From Octopus sinensis (taxonomy: Eukaryota): DNA of 64,000 bases. The translations under genes and the position numbers were made by a program. The stretch covers positions 22,506,001 to 22,570,000 of the forward strand of contig NC_043014.1 in assembly GCF_006345805.1 (NCBI RefSeq), written 5' to 3'. Below, piece by piece: positions 59,451-64,000 of this stretch (the stretch's first letter is position 1; each line of letters starts with the position of its first letter). Below the pieces are notes generated by a model, which ran no database searches, was not told the origin of the DNA, and was given only the letters and a program-made list of their open reading frames with translations.

Positions 59451-61391
59451 GTGGGGGAAGTAACATTGAGTGGATGTGGCTTGTGTCAGTTGAGAGATTT
59501 AAGGTATAGAGGGGTCAAAATACAGGTGTCTTGCTGTAGAGTAGATACATGAATACCCCAGTTGGAAAACAAAGGAAAGTGAGTCAGAGAGTAAGATAAT
59601 GGGAGTGATAATGAGAGAGATAATGGCAGAGAGATAATTACAAACAACAAGTTAATTGTGCTAACATTTACAATTTGGTATCTTCAAAATTATTTATGTT
59701 CAGTAGTACTATATTTTTAAGGAAATGCAATACTACCAAATACAGCTAACTTCAGATAGTTTAGGTTACAATAGATGGATCATAAAAAATGACATGTAAC
59801 GATGTAATTTAATTATTATGATGTCGCTTCCTGTAATATAGTTATAAACAAAAATTTACGTTTATTTGTTTTGCCAAGAGGCATGTGTGCCATTGTGAAT
59901 TGGTCTGCATGCCATAGGGCTTCCAACACCTGGCCTAGATTATGGCAGTGGTTTTGCAGAATTGTTAGAACATTAGATAAAATGTAAAATGCCTTGTGAT
60001 ATCTAGCTACAGACCTTTACATTGAGAATTCAAATCTTATAGAAGTCAACTTTACTTTGATAAACAGTATCAGTCAAATACTGAGGTAAATTTAATGAAC
60101 TGGTCCCTTTCTACCAAAGTTTTTGCCTTGTATCTAAGGTATATAGATAACTGGAAGACAAAATCCCAATGAAGGCTCAACCTGAAACTCAGTGTCATCT
60201 TCTCAGAGGAAGAAGCAAGAAACTATAATATACACACACACATATATATATACACACAAACTATAGGCAATCCCTGTTTATTTTGAACTCAAACCACACT
60301 CCCATTAAAGATTAGTTATGTACTTAGCTGCTGGTGTAGTGAATTTGCGGATATTAAAATTAAAAATTTGAAAAACAAATGATAAGAGTGCCTAGTTTAG
60401 TTTAATGTCTCACACCATCTAAGTATTGACTGATCATTCTTGAAATTGAGCAAATTAAGGAATTCATAACTTAGGTATAAAACCTCATTTAAATAGAGTT
60501 AATTGTATAATAGTGTAGAAGTAAAGGGGATGCAACATCTGGTAGATAAGGGGCCTGATGCAACTCCTTTCTACACTGGTATATTTCAAGGGAGGAATTG
60601 TCAGCTAACTAAACAAATGTAAGAGAGAGAGAGAAGTGATAAGGTGTGTGTGTGTGTGTATAAAACAACTGATGATCAGTTACTCTTTTCAGTTTCACTT
60701 AACTACTATATATATGTGTGTGTACCAGGTGTACCAGGTTCCAGTCTGATTTGGTATGGTTTCTACAATTGCCATCAAGTGATCCAAAAGATGAAGATCA
60801 GAACATTCCATTGTGTGCAGTCATCATTGATTCCTGAATGTAATTCATATACATGAGAAGGTGGGGGTAGGGTGAAACAACTTTTACAGCTTCTGGAGAG
60901 ATATCGTCATGGATTGTTATATTATTATGACATGGCATATTGTTAGCTTTGCTCTGGCAGTGGTGGTAATGGTGGATTCCTGTATCAGAGCAAATGTTTC
61001 TTGAAGCATTTATATTTGTCAAAAATGTAAAATCTCATATTTAGATATATCTTAGAAGTACATACACTCCTAGAGATAAAGATCTTCTCAGCTATGCAGA
61101 TGTCTCATTGTTTTTGCTCCATTAATGGTTTATACCTCTCTAGCATTATCTGTATTTTGCTGAAGTCTGCACTGCTAACCTTTAATTTCCTGACCACATT
61201 TGAGAGCTTTATAGCTATACTGGGGCACCCCTTTGAAGAATTTTAGACATCCCATAAGCCTCAATACTCTTTTTACAGCCTGGTACTCATCTCATCATTC
61301 TCCGTTTGTTGAATCACTAAGTTGCAAGAAATCAACATGGAGCAAATTTTTCAAACATTGACAAACTAAAAAGAGATGCATAAACATATAC

Positions 61392-61433
<42 letters not shown>

Positions 61434-62076
61434 ACACACACACACACACACACACAAAGTTATTGCATTTCATGAATGAGTTGACAAAGATTTGTGTTGA
61501 TTGGCAACATGCTGTGAGGGAGAAGACTAAACTGCCCATACAGGCATGGTAAAACAAATGTGTATGTATAAACAGATATCTACTTATCATCATCATCCTT
61601 TAATGTTTGTTGTCCATGCTAGCATGAGTTGGACGGTTTGACTAGAGCTGATAAGCTGGTAAGCTGCACCAGGTTCCAGTCTGATTTGGTATGGTTTCTA
61701 CAGCTAGATGCCCTTCCTAATACTACCCACCTTATGGAGTGTGCTGGGTGAGAGTTTTTTATGTGGTATTGTGTGAGAGCTTTTTATGTAGCATTAGCAT
61801 GAGTTACACATGTATAATTTGTATATCTATGTATGCATTTATAGGTATATGTGTAAGGAATATGACCGTACGTAAGGAGTTGGTGACAAATGTCTCCTTT
61901 TGAACACCGCACGGTCACCCCTAACAAAATAAGAATCCAAATACATGATATAAAATACAGTGCCAAAAGGATAAATGAGGACGACAACTGTTCTACTGTT
62001 TGAGAGAGAAGAAGGCTTTATTTACAATTGTACAAAGAGTGGGTGTGAATGTTAGCAAAGTGTTGTGTCTGAATGC

Positions 62077-62150
62077 ATGCGACAAATGTTTGTGTCTGTG
62101 TGTTCATGTATGCGACAAATGTTTGTGTCTGTGTGTTCATGTATGCGACA
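62077..62150. repeat. 33-bp minisatellite, 2.2 copies
   Basis: atgcgacaaatgtttgtgtctgtgtgttcatgt x2 + atgcgaca. Confidence 0.85.
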
Positions 62151-64000
62151 GAGGTGTATGCGTATAACACAGAATACAGAGCATAAGATATGTTTCTCAG
62201 CAAATTAAGTTAAAAATGGAATTTGAGGTACACAATAGCAAGTTCTATAACAAGATGTTGTGGACACGAGGCAGAGGCTGGTTGGGCACATGTTGTGCAG
62301 TGGTTTGTGGCTTCAATGCCATGCTGAGTCTCTTGATACAGAAAGTTCTTTCAGGTAGACTGCAACTGTTTTACCTTGGTGAAATATTCACAAACAGCAT
62401 GGAGTTTAAACCTGGATGATGTTGATGTGTACATATTTGAAGTTGACGGTGGTAATGATGATGGTGATGGAGACGTCCTATGCTGCTGGTGTACAGTAGT
62501 GTTGTCATGGCTGAAGCAGGAGCATGGCTGGCTGGCTGGTCATCTGTCGATGGAACTGGAACATGGCTGAGTAGCTCAGTGGTCAGAGACTAGACCTTAG
62601 AAGGTCTAGAGCCAAAGACCTGGAATAGTGAATGCTGGCATCTTATAAAGCCTGTGGTAGGCTCAAATGAAGCAGACCTTATCTGAAGGCCGTGATTGGT
62701 TGGCTCACACACTGGCGCGAAACAAATCGAAAGACAAATTGCACCAAATGCCAACCAATCAGAACAGTGGACACAACAGGGTCAAACTAGCCAAAGATGG
62801 TTGTTATCTACCACGAGATTATTCTTAATGTGTCTCTCAAACAGTGAGGATATCAGTTACGCTACATATGTAAGCTTTTATGTATATGTATATGTATATG
62901 TGCCTATGCCCATGTACATGTGTATGTATATGTATGCGTATATGCAGACATATGTATCTTGTTATACATTTATCTACTTATTATTGAGGCTTTTACTTTT
63001 TCTTAGTTGTCTCTCTTCCATCTAACTCGTTTATAACTTGCCCTTCATAACACACATTCATGCTATTACTCTATGCTACTGTTATTCATATCTCTATCAT
63101 CCTTATTTTGTCATTGATGCTTGTAATTCTCATACCTCTATTGCTCATTTCCCAGTTACTCTCTCCTCACTATCATTGTAGTATGCTGATGATGTTATTA
63201 AGGATAATAATGGGTGTCTTCAGTTCACCTTACATTGCTTCCAGTGTAACCCAGGGATTCTTTATTCAATGCGTCCTTCTACACAACTAATCTTTCTCAC
63301 TGATTGAAACCCTTTCACTTCATATCCATCCTTCATCTTCTCCACCACCATATGTCTCTCACTCTCACCATGCACTTTCTCCCACCACACTCTTGCAACC
63401 TACCCCGGTACATGTCATCACTCTCTTATCCTTCTCCTGTCTGCTATATCATACATCCATACACTCTGGCAACCACCTCTTGCAACCATCCACACACTTA
63501 GTTCTTCTGTCCCCATTTGCATTTATCCATATTATACTTAGTGGTTCCATCCAGACACCTTTTCACCACAATTTTTATCTCTTTCTAGCTCTGCCATGAT
63601 AACTCTACCAAACCTTTCTTCTAAAATGTAGCTATGTAACCCCTTCACAGTAGTAAACCTGTTCTATTCTGGGCCTTTCTTTCATACTTTAACCCTTTCA
63701 TTTCCTAGCATAAAGCCCCCTTTCTTGGGGTTTGTAATCATGCAAGCTGCATGGCAACCTCACTAATATGAGAAATTTACTGGCATGAAAAAAGCACCCA
63801 CTACATACTGTAAAGTGGTTGACATTAGGAAGGGCATGCAGCCATAGAAACCATGCCAAACTAGACAGTGGAGCATGATGAAGTCTTTGGATCTATCAGA
63901 TCCTGTCAACCTGTCCAACATGGGACATGAACATTAAATGATATGTATATGTGTGTGTATATATATACATACATATGCCTATAAGAAGGGGAGAAAATTA

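Noticed and set aside
33200-64000. A second protein-coding host gene
   Set aside because: No set of exons with consistent splice sites and a recognisable non-TE protein was found by eye; small exons could have been missed.

Overview
Eukaryotic, AT-rich, repeat-dense genomic DNA. The repeat content (huge (TA)n tracts, tRNA-derived SINEs, RTE/CR1/Penelope elements, TTAGGG motifs) resembles an octopus/coleoid cephalopod genome; this is inferred from my recognition of the repeats, not from a search. One host gene can be assembled by hand: the last 7 coding exons (1564-32755, + strand, 1029 nt, 342 aa, all GT-AG, phases consistent) of a NEMO(IKBKG)/optineurin-family coiled-coil protein with a UBAN motif and a C-terminal zinc finger. 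Its 5' part lies upstream of the window. Relative to human NEMO, the UBAN lacks the R319/E320 equivalents and the finger is CCHH instead of CCHC. The rest is introns and intergenic DNA packed with mobile elements: two mariner relics, a young-looking 5'-truncated CR1-like LINE, three RTE, two Tx1/L1-like and one R4/Dong-like LINE fragments, several Penelope-like fragments with hammerhead-like motifs, non-autonomous Helitrons, hAT- and TTAA-type MITEs and several SINE families. There are also three copies of a foldback element (GGATC...GATCC ends, 8-bp TSD), two of which carry a (TTAGGG)n module. Most long ORFs in the supplied track are (TA)n artefacts. No second host gene could be supported in 33-64 kb. 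Some single-base indels look like long-read consensus errors.
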